Assembly (NCBI GenBank): GCA_002376865.1
Contig: DFOU01000003.1
Span: 62,572-126,571 of the forward strand
Direction of reading: 5' to 3'
Length of the DNA stretch: 64,000 nt
Source of the DNA: Patescibacteria group bacterium UBA3533
GTDB lineage: Bacteria; Patescibacteriota; Minisyncoccia; Phycocordibacterales; Phycocordibacteraceae
Below, piece after piece: positions 46,753-56,674 of this stretch (positions are counted from its first letter, which is position 1; every line of letters starts with the position of its first letter). Below the pieces are notes generated by a model. That model was not told the origin of the DNA. It saw only the letters and a program-made list of their open reading frames with translations, and made no database searches. The position numbers and the translations under genes were made by a program.

Positions 46753-49377
46753 ATGGCAAATCATAAAAAACATGAACCATCAGATGAGATTGTTGTTAAG
46801 GGTGCAAAGACCCACAATCTTAAAAATGTAACCGTTTCAATGCCTCGCGGCAAAATGGTTGTTATTTCAGGACTCTCTGGTTCTGGAAAGTCTTCGCTTG
46901 CCTTTGATACGATCTTTGCAGAAGGACAAAGACGATATGTTGAATCACTTTCTGCATACGCACGGCAGTTCTTGCACCAAATGCAAAAGCCAGAGGTTGA
47001 TGAGATAACAGGACTTTCTCCTGCTATTTCAATTGATCAAAAGAGCAGGTCAAACAATCCACGATCTACCGTAGCTACTATTACAGAGATCTATGACTAC
47101 CTTCGAGTGCTCTATGCTCGTATTGGGCAGCCATATTGTTTGGATGATGACGTAAAGATTGAGAAGCTTTCAAAAGATGAAATGATCACTTTGGTTACAA
47201 AGAAGATTATTCCAGATCCTAAGAAAGCAGAGGAGGTTATGGGAGTACCCTTGAACCGTCAAAAGATCCAAATCTTTGCTCCTGTAGTGGTTGGAAGAAA
47301 GGGTGAGTACTATCAGCTTCTCTATGATTTGCTCGGGAAAGGATTTGAGCGCGTGATGATTGATGGAAAGATTCACTCACTTCGAGACAAGATTACCCTT
47401 ACTAAAACAAAGCGGCATGATATCGATGGGCTTGTAGATGAGATTTATGTAACTGAGTTTAAAAATGATCCAAGTGGTGCAAAGGAGCGACTCTCTGAAG
47501 CACTCGAGCTTGCGCTTCGGGAGACAGAAGGTCTTGTAAAGATTGGTCATGCAAATGGAGAATTTGAGACACTCTCTGCAAGGTTTATTTGCCCAGTAGA
47601 TGGTGCTGGCTTTCCTGATGTAGAGCCTCGCCTCTTCTCATTTAACTCTCCATATGGAGCATGTCCTGAGTGTAATGGTCTTGGAACAGTTGCACTTTTT
47701 GATGATGAAGTATGTAAGGCATGTGATGGGAAGCGACTTCGTCCTGAGGCACTCAGAGTTTATTTGGGAGGAAAGGGGAAGGATCTTGGAAAAAATATTG
47801 TAGAAGCCGCACATCTTTCGATTACAGATGCAGCAGAATTCTTTGATAATTTAAACCTCACAAAGAAACAAGAAGAGATTGCAGAGCCAATCTTGCGTGA
47901 GGTACGAGCACGGCTTTCATTCCTTCTTAATGTAGGGCTTGATTATCTAACACTTGATAGAAAGGCAAATACGCTATCAGGTGGAGAAGCACAGCGTATC
48001 CGTCTTGCATCTCAACTGGGATCTGGTCTTGTGGGTGCTCTTTATGTGCTTGATGAGCCAACAATTGGACTGCATCAAAGGGATAATGATCGATTGATTC
48101 AAACGCTTACGCAACTAAGGGATCTTGGAAATACCATTATCGTAGTAGAGCATGATGAAGATACTATCTACGCTGCAGACTATCTTATCGATGTAGGACC
48201 AGGTGCTGGAGTGCACGGTGGGGAGATTGTAGTCTCTGGATATCTAGATGATTTGCTAACTGCAAAAAAGAATACAAGTGGATCAAGAACTCTCGCATAT
48301 CTTCGAGAAGAGAAAATGATTCCTGTGCCAGAGAATCGGCGAACTGCAGAGAAAGGAAGTTTGAAGATTGTAGGAGCAAGCAAGCACAATATGGTGAATC
48401 AAAATGCAGATCTCCCTCTTGGAAAGCTTGTTTGTATTACTGGTGTGTCAGGATCTGGTAAATCTACATTCTTATATGATGTTGTTCATAAAAACTTGGT
48501 AAGTCGATTTGATCGGAAAACAAAGCAGGCAGCACACCATAACTGCGCAAAGTTCTTGGGAAGTGAGTATGTAAATCGTGCAGTGCTTATCGACCAATCT
48601 CCAATTGGAAGAACTCCAAGGTCTAACCCTGCAACATATACAGGAGCATTTACGCACATACGAGATCTCTTTGCTGCAACAAGTGAGGCACGGGCTCGTG
48701 GCTGGAAGCCAGGAAGATTCTCTTTCAATGTTAAAGGAGGTCGTTGTGAAGCCTGTCAGGGAAATGGAACAGTGGCGGTAGAGATGCACTTCCTCCCAAC
48801 AGTGTATGTGAAGTGTGATGTGTGTGATGGAAAGCGGTTTATGAAAGAAACGCTTGATGTTACATATAGAGGAAAGAATATCTATGAGGTACTACAGATG
48901 ACTGTAGAGGAAGGGTATGAATTCTATAAAGATATTCCTGCAATCAATGATCGCCTTAAGGCACTCCTTGATGTAGGTCTTGGATATCTAAAGCTTGGAC
49001 AATCAGCAACAACATTATCTGGTGGAGAAGCACAGCGTGTGAAGATTGCGTCAGAGTTGTTCCGTCCACTTCAAACAAAGACAGTGTATCTTCTTGATGA
49101 GCCAACGGTTGGACTTCATTATGATGATGTAGCAAAACTCATTACCATTCTTCAGGAGCTTGTAGAGCGAGGGAATTCAGTATTTGTTATTGAGCACAAT
49201 CTTGATGTAGTTAAGTCAGCTGATCATATTGTAGACTTTGGTCCAGAAGGAGGAGAAAATGGTGGGGTAGTTATTGCAAAAGGAACTCCAGAGGAAGTAG
49301 CGAAAGTCACAAGCTCATTTACCGGAAAATACCTTGCAAAGACACTAAAAAAACATGCAAAGAAAGGATCTAAATAA
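46753..49377 (+). CDS. uvrA: Excinuclease ABC subunit A
   Basis: Two ABC ATPase modules ([22 protein letters not shown]), zinc-finger insertions ([16 protein letters not shown]), signature LSGGEAQR twice. Start at MANHKK. Confidence 0.92.
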   Translation: MANHKKHEPSDEIVVKGAKTHNLKNVTVSMPRGKMVVISGLSGSGKSSLAFDTIFAEGQRRYVESLSAYARQFLHQMQKPEVDEITGLSPAISIDQKSRSNNPRSTVATITEIYDYLRVLYARIGQPYCLDDDVKIEKLSKDEMITLVTKKIIPDPKKAEEVMGVPLNRQKIQIFAPVVVGRKGEYYQLLYDLLGKGFERVMIDGKIHSLRDKITLTKTKRHDIDGLVDEIYVTEFKNDPSGAKERLSEALELALRETEGLVKIGHANGEFETLSARFICPVDGAGFPDVEPRLFSFNSPYGACPECNGLGTVALFDDEVCKACDGKRLRPEALRVYLGGKGKDLGKNIVEAAHLSITDAAEFFDNLNLTKKQEEIAEPILREVRARLSFLLNVGLDYLTLDRKANTLSGGEAQRIRLASQLGSGLVGALYVLDEPTIGLHQRDNDRLIQTLTQLRDLGNTIIVVEHDEDTIYAADYLIDVGPGAGVHGGEIVVSGYLDDLLTAKKNTSGSRTLAYLREEKMIPVPENRRTAEKGSLKIVGASKHNMVNQNADLPLGKLVCITGVSGSGKSTFLYDVVHKNLVSRFDRKTKQAAHHNCAKFLGSEYVNRAVLIDQSPIGRTPRSNPATYTGAFTHIRDLFAATSEARARGWKPGRFSFNVKGGRCEACQGNGTVAVEMHFLPTVYVKCDVCDGKRFMKETLDVTYRGKNIYEVLQMTVEEGYEFYKDIPAINDRLKALLDVGLGYLKLGQSATTLSGGEAQRVKIASELFRPLQTKTVYLLDEPTVGLHYDDVAKLITILQELVERGNSVFVIEHNLDVVKSADHIVDFGPEGGENGGVVIAKGTPEEVAKVTSSFTGKYLAKTLKKHAKKGSK

Positions 49378-50566
49378 TTTTGACCTACCTGATAAACCCG
49401 GTGTATATACATTTTTAGAAAAGAAGAAAATTCTCTACATTGGTAAGGCAACATCACTTCGCGATAGAGTACGGAGCTATTTTAATGATGATCTTATAGC
49501 AAGTCGCGGGCCTCGTATTGTAGATATGGTCACGAAGGCAGATGAGGTTGTATATGAGGAAACTGATTCAGTACTCGAAGCCCTTATTCTTGAATCTTTA
49601 AAGATTAAAAAACATCAGCCTTTTTATAATGTAAAAGAGAAGGACGATAAAAGTTATCTCTATGCTGTTGTAACAAAAGAAGAATGGCCTCGTGTTTTGG
49701 TTGTGCGAGGGAAGGATTTAGGAACTACATTTAAATTGGATTTAGTTAAAAATAAGTACGGGCCATTTACAAGCGGGCCGTCACTTAAAAAAGCCCTTGA
49801 GATTATTCGAAAGATTTTCCCTTTCTACGATACAAAAAATGCAGTAACAAGAGATACAAAACATCAGGGAGCTAACCTTGAGTTTAATAGGCAGATTGGA
49901 AGATACCCAAGGGATATCTCGCATACTGAATATGTGCGGAATATTCGCCACATAGAGCTCTTTTTATCTGGAAAGAAAAAGGTAATCCTCAAAGAACTTG
50001 AGAGGGAGATGAAAAAAGCTGCAAAAGAGGAACGTTTTGAAGATGCAGAGCGTCATAAGAGGCAAATGTTCTCGTTAACTCATATCCAAGATGTGTCACT
50101 TATTAAAAATGATTTACGCAGAGTGCACGGTGTTCGTGTGGAGGGGTACGATGTAGCGCACACAAGCGGGCAAGATACTGTTGGAGTTATGACAGTTGTT
50201 GTAGATGGGGAGGTTGAAAAGAAAAACTACAGAAAGTTTCTTATCAAAGAGCATGGAAATAATGATATCGGTTCTCTAACTGAATTACTGGAAAGGCGTT
50301 TTGGACATCCTGAGTGGGAGTATCCAAAGGTGATTGTGGTAGATGGAGGGGTAGCACAAAAAAATGCTGCGCTTAAGGTTTTAGATAAGTTGGGATTACA
50401 AATTCCTGTGGTTGCCGTAACAAAAGATGAATATCATAGGCCTAAAAAGATTATTGGACTGCCAGGAGTTTCAACTCCAGAAGGGGATATTATTCTTGCA
50501 AATGCCGAGGCACATAGGTATTCGCTTTCTTTCCACAGATCACGGAGGGATAACTTAAAAAGGTAG
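49355..50566 (+). CDS. uvrC: Excinuclease ABC subunit C, compact form (GIY-YIG + UvrBC-interaction + RNase H-like regions, no C-terminal HhH)
   Basis: 403 aa. N-terminal GIY-YIG (PGVYTFLEKKKILYIGKATSLRDRV), UVR-like helix (ERFEDAERHKRQM), C-terminal VVDGGVAQKNAALKVL...PVVAVTKDE endonuclease region. Confidence 0.75.
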   Translation: MQRKDLNNFDLPDKPGVYTFLEKKKILYIGKATSLRDRVRSYFNDDLIASRGPRIVDMVTKADEVVYEETDSVLEALILESLKIKKHQPFYNVKEKDDKSYLYAVVTKEEWPRVLVVRGKDLGTTFKLDLVKNKYGPFTSGPSLKKALEIIRKIFPFYDTKNAVTRDTKHQGANLEFNRQIGRYPRDISHTEYVRNIRHIELFLSGKKKVILKELEREMKKAAKEERFEDAERHKRQMFSLTHIQDVSLIKNDLRRVHGVRVEGYDVAHTSGQDTVGVMTVVVDGEVEKKNYRKFLIKEHGNNDIGSLTELLERRFGHPEWEYPKVIVVDGGVAQKNAALKVLDKLGLQIPVVAVTKDEYHRPKKIIGLPGVSTPEGDIILANAEAHRYSLSFHRSRRDNLKR

Positions 50567-50580
50567 GCTATACTTTATCT

Positions 50581-50835
50581 GTGAACGAAGACCAGATAAC
50601 AACAAAAGCTCCGCAAGAAGAGAACTCTCTTATAAAGATTGGAGGGATTATTTTTATAATCCTTTTCCTTCTTTCCGTGCTTGCGTACGCTATCACTCCA
50701 GTACGTCAAACTATTATTTTCTGGTGGCAGGATATGCAGGAGGCACAGCAGTTGCGTGCACTTGCTGATTTTGAAAAAGAGCAGCCGCAAGGGGATCTTA
50801 CAAAGGGAGCAAAACTTCGATTGCTTGATGAATAA
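50581..50835 (+). CDS. Small membrane protein (84 aa, GTG start)
   Basis: Single TM helix IGGIIFIILFLLSVLAYAI. Immediately precedes the paralog cluster. Confidence 0.35.
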   Translation: MNEDQITTKAPQEENSLIKIGGIIFIILFLLSVLAYAITPVRQTIIFWWQDMQEAQQLRALADFEKEQPQGDLTKGAKLRLLDE

Positions 50836-50836
50836 T

Positions 50837-51388
50837 ATGAAAAAATTTCTAACCACACGAACATTTTTTAGTACAGCATTGCCTCTCATTCTTTTCTTTG
50901 GATTTGTAGGTGTAGTTTCTGGAAGTTTTACTGAGCCAGGAAGCAATCCTCCAAGTGGAAATATTCCAGCTCCTATTAATGCAAGTGGTGCAGATCAGAC
51001 AAAGTCAGGAAATCTTTGGGTAGATAATGTAATTGCAGATAGTCTCAAGGCACTTTCTGAGCTTTGTATTGGTACTGAGTGTCGTACAGCATGGTCTGTG
51101 CCAGGACAGGATTTTTCAACAACATGTACCGTAAATAGAAAGATTGTTGCTAACCCTAGTAGCCCGGGAATTCCACATGCGTCTCGAGGGTCAACAGATC
51201 TTTGGCAGCTTGCCCAAGAGTGCCGTTGGCGTATCTCAAGCGCTGAGCGCGATGCAGGGTGGATGCTTGTTGGATTTGACAACTGTCCTTCTGTTGCTAG
51301 TCGAGACTGTGCAGGAGCAAGTTATTGTCAGTATATTCAACTAAGTTGTGAGTCTGGAATTACTACAAGTCGCGGGCGACACCGATAA
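50837..51388 (+). CDS. Secreted Cys-rich protein, paralog A of a three-member tandem family
   Basis: Signal peptide, then FTEPGSNPPSGNIPAPIN, CIGTECRTAW and DNCPSVASRDCAGASYCQYIQLSCESGIT blocks shared with paralogs B and C. Confidence 0.55.
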   Translation: MKKFLTTRTFFSTALPLILFFGFVGVVSGSFTEPGSNPPSGNIPAPINASGADQTKSGNLWVDNVIADSLKALSELCIGTECRTAWSVPGQDFSTTCTVNRKIVANPSSPGIPHASRGSTDLWQLAQECRWRISSAERDAGWMLVGFDNCPSVASRDCAGASYCQYIQLSCESGITTSRGRHR

Positions 51389-51391
51389 TTT

Positions 51392-52090
51392 ATGAATATG
51401 CAAAAATACATACAAAAAGCACTTCACATTTCAGGACTTCTTGCCGCAGTATTCATTTTTGTTGGTATTGCATATGCTATTAACTTCACACATCCAGGAT
51501 CTTCTCCAACTGGGGGAAATGTTGCAAAGCCTATTAATGTAGGTTCAGCAAGTCAGGTAAAAGAAGGAGGACTTACTCTTGACGAGTTAGTAGCAACTGG
51601 AAAAATTACAGGAGAGAATCAAATTTGTATAGGAAATGACTGTAAGAGTGCGTGGCCTGGAGGAAATGCATCACAATTTTCTACAGCTTGTCAAATACAT
51701 ACTCTTACCATTGCAGCAGACGATGACCAGCCAGGTGTACCGCACAATAATACTCGTATTACACGAGATGGTTTGGCGCAAAACTGCAATAGCCACCTTA
51801 CACAAGAAGAGAAAGATCTTGGCTTTATGATGGTCTCATTCGATAACTGCCCTGGTGTGTCAGGGCGAGACTGCTCAGGAGCAAGTTACTGTAAGTACAT
51901 TCGCTTTGAGTGTGATGCAGGTATTACTTTTAGGCAGGGCTCATTCTCTATAGGAGATCCTTCACATGAACCAGCGTGTAGGGACGGAAGAGATAACGAT
52001 GGAGATGGACTTGTAGACATGGATGATATTGGTTGTGATTATCAAGATGACCCAAGTGAGGAAAATGATCCAGGACAACAAAGAAATTAG
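51392..52090 (+). CDS. Secreted Cys-rich protein, paralog B (with acidic Asp-rich C-terminal tail)
   Basis: Signal peptide, FTHPGSSPTGGNVAKPIN, CIGNDCKSAWP, DNCPGVSGRDCSGASYCKYIRFECDAGITF. C-terminal DGRDNDGDGLVDMDD resembles a Ca-binding or dockerin-like acidic motif. Confidence 0.55.
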   Translation: MNMQKYIQKALHISGLLAAVFIFVGIAYAINFTHPGSSPTGGNVAKPINVGSASQVKEGGLTLDELVATGKITGENQICIGNDCKSAWPGGNASQFSTACQIHTLTIAADDDQPGVPHNNTRITRDGLAQNCNSHLTQEEKDLGFMMVSFDNCPGVSGRDCSGASYCKYIRFECDAGITFRQGSFSIGDPSHEPACRDGRDNDGDGLVDMDDIGCDYQDDPSEENDPGQQRN

Positions 52091-52091
52091 T

Positions 52092-52736
52092 ATGAAAACA
52101 ATCTTCAAACAAAAGGAGTTTACAAAAGGGTCTGCAATGGTTATTGCAGGACTCCTGCTCCTTTCAGGAACTGTACTTGCTGCGTCATTCTCTCAGCCCG
52201 GAAGTAACTTCCCAGCAGGAAACACGCTTGCTCCAATTCAAGAATCTTCTCAAGATCAATCTAAAGCAGGTGGTATTACAGCTAATAATGTTCGTGGATA
52301 TAATCTAAAAGGAACATCTGAGGTTTGTATTGGAAATGATTGCCGCAGCTCTTGGCCAACAGGAGGTGGTTCAACACTTTCAACAAACTGTGCGCTTGAA
52401 AACCTTATTCTTGAAGGGGACCCACATGGATCAAGCGGAGCTGTAAAAAAGGGAGATGTAGGTAGTCGTTGCGACAACATCCTTGGTTCACGAGCAAGTG
52501 AAGGGTGGGTAAATGTAGCACATGACAAGTGTCCTGGAGTTCAGGGTCGAGACTGTGCAGGAACTAATTACTGCCAGTACTTTAGAATTAATTGTGCAAG
52601 TGGCGTAACTTTTAGTGCAGGAGATCACACGCTTCGAGATACAGGAAGTGGCTCTTCAGGTGGGAGCAATGGAGGTGGTGGTGGAGATAATGGAACTGAA
52701 GGAGATGGTCCAAATGGCCCTGCTCTTCAAAATTAG
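52092..52736 (+). CDS. Secreted Cys-rich protein, paralog C (Gly-rich C-terminal tail)
   Basis: Signal peptide, [60 protein letters not shown]-terminal GSGSSGGSNGGGGGDNG. Confidence 0.55.
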   Translation: MKTIFKQKEFTKGSAMVIAGLLLLSGTVLAASFSQPGSNFPAGNTLAPIQESSQDQSKAGGITANNVRGYNLKGTSEVCIGNDCRSSWPTGGGSTLSTNCALENLILEGDPHGSSGAVKKGDVGSRCDNILGSRASEGWVNVAHDKCPGVQGRDCAGTNYCQYFRINCASGVTFSAGDHTLRDTGSGSSGGSNGGGGGDNGTEGDGPNGPALQN

Positions 52737-52741
52737 TTTTT

Positions 52742-55525
52742 ATGAATATGCAAAAAACAGTATTTCGAACACTTATTCTCACACTCGTATTTTTCGTGAG
52801 CACGTCATTTGCGCACGCACAATTCTTTTCAGTTCTTGGTGATAATTTTACTAACGCAGAACCAGAACCCACTCCAGTTGCAGTACAAGAGCCATCTCCA
52901 ATTATAAATCCAACTCCTGATCCAATTGTTTCAGATCCAGATCTTACTGTTGGAAATACTACAGTTATAGGAGCACGTGAGGTGGGAAGTACACTTACAC
53001 TCTCTGCAATTATGAGAAATATTGGACTTGGTACTGCAGAGTACGGTCCAGGCTTTCTTGTTTACTCTCAAGTGTACGATAGGACTCGTCGTCAGAACAT
53101 TGGAGAAGGATTGCGTGGGTATGGGTCCCCACTACTACCTTTAAGAAGCAGGGCACTTCAAGATACGTGGACACCAACACAATCAGGAGACTATCAAGCT
53201 CGTTTTTGTGCTGATATTCCGCCAAACCCATCAGGAAACGTAAGTGAGAGTAATGAGGGCAATAACTGTGGCGCATGGACAACTTTTTCTATCAATGCAG
53301 CAGGGCAGCCAGACCTCTCAGTTGATGCACCAAGTATTTCAGGAACACGACAGGCCGGGCAAACGCTTACATTCTCTTCACGAATGAGAAATATTGGAAA
53401 TGCAACAGCTTCACGTTCAGGTAATTTTGCAACCACATTCCAAATCTATCGCTCTTCAACACAAATTGTTGGAAGAGGAACTTCAACAAATGGACAGGCT
53501 CTTTCAGCTGGAGCATCAAGGACCATAACTGATACGTGGACTGCAGAGGCTGGAAGTTATGTTGCGCGCTTCTGTGCAGATATCCCCCCTGCGAGTCCTG
53601 GAAATATTCCAGAGAGCAATGAGAGCAACAACTGTAGCGGATGGACAAGCTTTACTGTCTCAAGTCCTGTGGCATCAGGAGCACCAGACCTTACGGTAGG
53701 TGCTACAAGTATTTCTGGAACACCAACGCTTAATCAGGCACTCAATTTCTCTGCAACAATGTCTAATATTGGAAATGCAACAGCCTCACACTCAGGTGGA
53801 TTTAGAAATTACTTCCAGGTATGGGATTTTACACGAAGTCAAAATAATGGAACAACTATTACAAACAAGGGTTCAAATCTAAATGTAGGACAAAGCAGAA
53901 CGCTAACAGGAAGCTTTACTCCGACTCAAGCTGGAAACTATCAAGCGCGTTTCTGTGCTGATATTCCGCCAAACCCATCAGGAAATGTAAGTGAGAGTAA
54001 CGAGAATAATAACTGTGGAGCCTGGCAATCATTCACTGTTGCTGATGTACCTGCAGGAAGTGGTGCAGGAGACCGTCTTACAGGACACGCATGGTCTTCA
54101 AACATTGGATGGGTGTCATTTTATGGACCGGGGTATGAGGTAAATATTGATGCAAATTCAGGAAATCTCTCAGGATATGCATGGTCTTCAAACATTGGAT
54201 GGATTAGCTTTAATGGAAATCATACAAATGGATGTCCAAGTGGAAGTTGTCAGGCAAATTATAATAATTCAAATGGAAATGTAACCGGATGGGCAAAGGC
54301 GCTAGCTGGAGGAGGATCTAATTCAGGAAACTGGGACGGGTGGATCTATCTTGGACAGAGCTCTCGTGTGGGGGTAAACGTAGATGCCAACTGTAACTGG
54401 AATGGGCGAGCGTGGGGAGGAGGCTCATCATTAAGCACGGGTGTAATCGGATGGCTGTCATTTAATGGACCAGGGTATGGAGTAACAGGAACAGGAGCAG
54501 GGTGTCCTATTGCTGAGCCAGCACCTGTTGCAAGTCTTGCGCTTAATCCAGAAATTATTCTTGAAGGCGCATCAAGTCAATTAACATGGGGGTCAACAGG
54601 GGCAACTAGTTGTGTTGGAACAAATTTCAGTACTGGAGGGTCAACAAGCGGAACTGTAAATGTTTCTCCGAGTACTACAACTGGATATTCTGTTCGATGT
54701 ACAGGACCTGGAGGAGTAGATACTGCAAGCGCGCAACTTACTGTTGACAGTGTAACTCAGACTGCAACAGCAAGTCTTAGTGTCAGTCCAGCAAGTATTC
54801 AAACTGGAAATAGCGCAACGCTATCATGGAGCTCTGCAAATGCAGATAGCTGTACTGGGACAAACTTTAGTACCGGAGGAAGTACAATTGGTTCAATGAG
54901 TGTTTCTCCAAGTTCAACAGTGACATACGGTCTTGAGTGTTCAAATACTGGTAATTCAGACACTGACAGCGCAACACTTACTGTAACTCAAGGTCCAGGA
55001 GGTGGTGGTGGCGGAAGCCGACCAACCGCAGATATTAATGCGAGTCCACGATCAATTCTAATTGGAGAGTCGTCAACAATTAGTTGGACATCAACTAATG
55101 CCGATAGCTGTAGTGGAACAGGATTTAGTACGAGCGGTTCAACAAGTGGAAATGCTGCTGTTTCGCCAACAAGTGATGCAACATATCAGGTACAGTGTAC
55201 AAATAGCCAAGGAAGTACAAATGACTTTGTAGATGTTGAGGTCTTGCAACCAAACATTACTATTACCGTAGATGGTGAGTCAGACTCTATTCGAGTTGCC
55301 AAAGATGCAGTGGTTGATGTTGTCTGGCATGCAGAAGATACTGATAGTTGTGATGTTGTAGGTCCTGGAGTTCTTGTAAACAATGCAACTGACGATCCTT
55401 TCGATGGATCTGCAAGTGTAACTATTTCTGAGCGAAGTGTGTACACAATCGAGTGTGATGCTTCAACTGAAACATATACAGAATCAGTAACGGTTAATAT
55501 TCCTCCAGACTTCGAGGAGTTCTAA
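52742..55525 (+). CDS. Large secreted multi-repeat surface protein (putative adhesin)
   Basis: 927 aa. Signal peptide. Four ~120-aa repeats ending FCADIPPxxPGNxxESNExNNCxxW (CARDB-like), GWxSFNG tandem motifs, then four ~90-aa Ig-like repeats (LxWxSxNAxSCxGTNFSTGGST). Shares the tatgaatatgcaaaaa start context with paralog B. Confidence 0.65.
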   Translation: MNMQKTVFRTLILTLVFFVSTSFAHAQFFSVLGDNFTNAEPEPTPVAVQEPSPIINPTPDPIVSDPDLTVGNTTVIGAREVGSTLTLSAIMRNIGLGTAEYGPGFLVYSQVYDRTRRQNIGEGLRGYGSPLLPLRSRALQDTWTPTQSGDYQARFCADIPPNPSGNVSESNEGNNCGAWTTFSINAAGQPDLSVDAPSISGTRQAGQTLTFSSRMRNIGNATASRSGNFATTFQIYRSSTQIVGRGTSTNGQALSAGASRTITDTWTAEAGSYVARFCADIPPASPGNIPESNESNNCSGWTSFTVSSPVASGAPDLTVGATSISGTPTLNQALNFSATMSNIGNATASHSGGFRNYFQVWDFTRSQNNGTTITNKGSNLNVGQSRTLTGSFTPTQAGNYQARFCADIPPNPSGNVSESNENNNCGAWQSFTVADVPAGSGAGDRLTGHAWSSNIGWVSFYGPGYEVNIDANSGNLSGYAWSSNIGWISFNGNHTNGCPSGSCQANYNNSNGNVTGWAKALAGGGSNSGNWDGWIYLGQSSRVGVNVDANCNWNGRAWGGGSSLSTGVIGWLSFNGPGYGVTGTGAGCPIAEPAPVASLALNPEIILEGASSQLTWGSTGATSCVGTNFSTGGSTSGTVNVSPSTTTGYSVRCTGPGGVDTASAQLTVDSVTQTATASLSVSPASIQTGNSATLSWSSANADSCTGTNFSTGGSTIGSMSVSPSSTVTYGLECSNTGNSDTDSATLTVTQGPGGGGGGSRPTADINASPRSILIGESSTISWTSTNADSCSGTGFSTSGSTSGNAAVSPTSDATYQVQCTNSQGSTNDFVDVEVLQPNITITVDGESDSIRVAKDAVVDVVWHAEDTDSCDVVGPGVLVNNATDDPFDGSASVTISERSVYTIECDASTETYTESVTVNIPPDFEEF

Positions 55526-55545
55526 GAAAGTGATACACTAGCACT

Positions 55546-56469
55546 ATGAGTAGCACTGTAGCTGTACTTCGTGGTGGACCATCTCTAGACCATAAAGCAT
55601 CTCTTAAAAGTGGTCAGTTGGTTTTAGATTATCTCTATGAGTCTCCAGGGACTCATAGAGATATCTATATAGATAAGGACGGTACGTGGTTTGATCGTGG
55701 GCGAGTAGCAGATCCACACAAAGTGCTCAATATGGTAGATCTTGTATTTAATGCACTGCATGGTCCATATGGAGAAGATGGAACGGTGCAAAAGATATTA
55801 AGCCAGCACAAGATTCCATATACAGGATCTGCAGCACTTCCTTCATTTACCTGCTCACACAAAGTGCTCGCAAAGGAGACAGTAAAAGAGCATGGCGTAC
55901 CTATCGCTCGCTATGTACTTTGCGAGAGTGAGGAGGATTTAGAAATGCAGGGAGCTGTTGCGGTTCGCAATCTTGGACTGCCTCTTGTTGTTAAAAGTGT
56001 GCATGGAGAGGGAAGTCACTGGGTTCGCATTGCAACGACGCCTGAGGAGCTCTATAGAGCTTCTGAGGAGCTTATAAAACACGGCCCCATACAATTTGAG
56101 GAGTTTATAAAAGGGAAGGAGGCAAGTGTATATATGGTTGAGGGATTCAGAGACAATCCTTTGTATATGATTCCTCCAATAGAGCTTCAGAAGATTGATG
56201 GAGAGTGGGTAGAGAGGTGTCCTGGGAACTTTACGCGTACACAAAGAGAAGAGATTGAGGCCTCAAGCAAGGAGGTATTTAAGGCTCTTAATATGCGGCA
56301 TTATGGAAAGATTGATTTTCTTATTACGCCTCACACTGTGTACTTCTTAGAAGCAAATGCGCTTCCAAAATTCCATGAAGGGTCTCTATTTTCTAAGGCG
56401 TTAGAGTCTATTGGATCAAATTCAAAAGAGTTTGTGGCCCACATAAAAGACCTTGCACTGAAGCGATAA
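55546..56469 (+). CDS. ddl: D-alanine--D-alanine ligase
   Basis: 307 aa. ATP-grasp fold with Ddl N-terminal pattern (VAVLRGGPSLDHKASLKSG, FNALHGPYGEDGTVQ). Confidence 0.85.
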   Translation: MSSTVAVLRGGPSLDHKASLKSGQLVLDYLYESPGTHRDIYIDKDGTWFDRGRVADPHKVLNMVDLVFNALHGPYGEDGTVQKILSQHKIPYTGSAALPSFTCSHKVLAKETVKEHGVPIARYVLCESEEDLEMQGAVAVRNLGLPLVVKSVHGEGSHWVRIATTPEELYRASEELIKHGPIQFEEFIKGKEASVYMVEGFRDNPLYMIPPIELQKIDGEWVERCPGNFTRTQREEIEASSKEVFKALNMRHYGKIDFLITPHTVYFLEANALPKFHEGSLFSKALESIGSNSKEFVAHIKDLALKR

Positions 56470-56597
56470 GTCTTGTATTCTCCTCTGTACACCTGTTTAG
56501 TTTCGAACTGTGGATCTCACCCACATCGTTCTGAGCGCCGTATTCCGGCAGGTGTACCGGTGGAGGAGCCTATTTGCTCGCTCCTCCACCACAATTC

Positions 56598-56674
56598 GGG
56601 CTCGTAGCTCAGTTGGCTAGAGCGCCTCACTTGCACTGAGGAGGTCGGGGGTTCGATTCCTCTCGAGTCCACCA
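56598..56674 (+). tRNA. tRNA-Ala (anticodon TGC), CCA encoded
   Basis: GGGCTCG acceptor with G3:U70, D-arm GCTCAGTTGGCTAGAGC, anticodon loop CTTGCAC, T-arm GGGGGTTCGATTCCTCT, ACCA 3' end. Confidence 0.9.
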
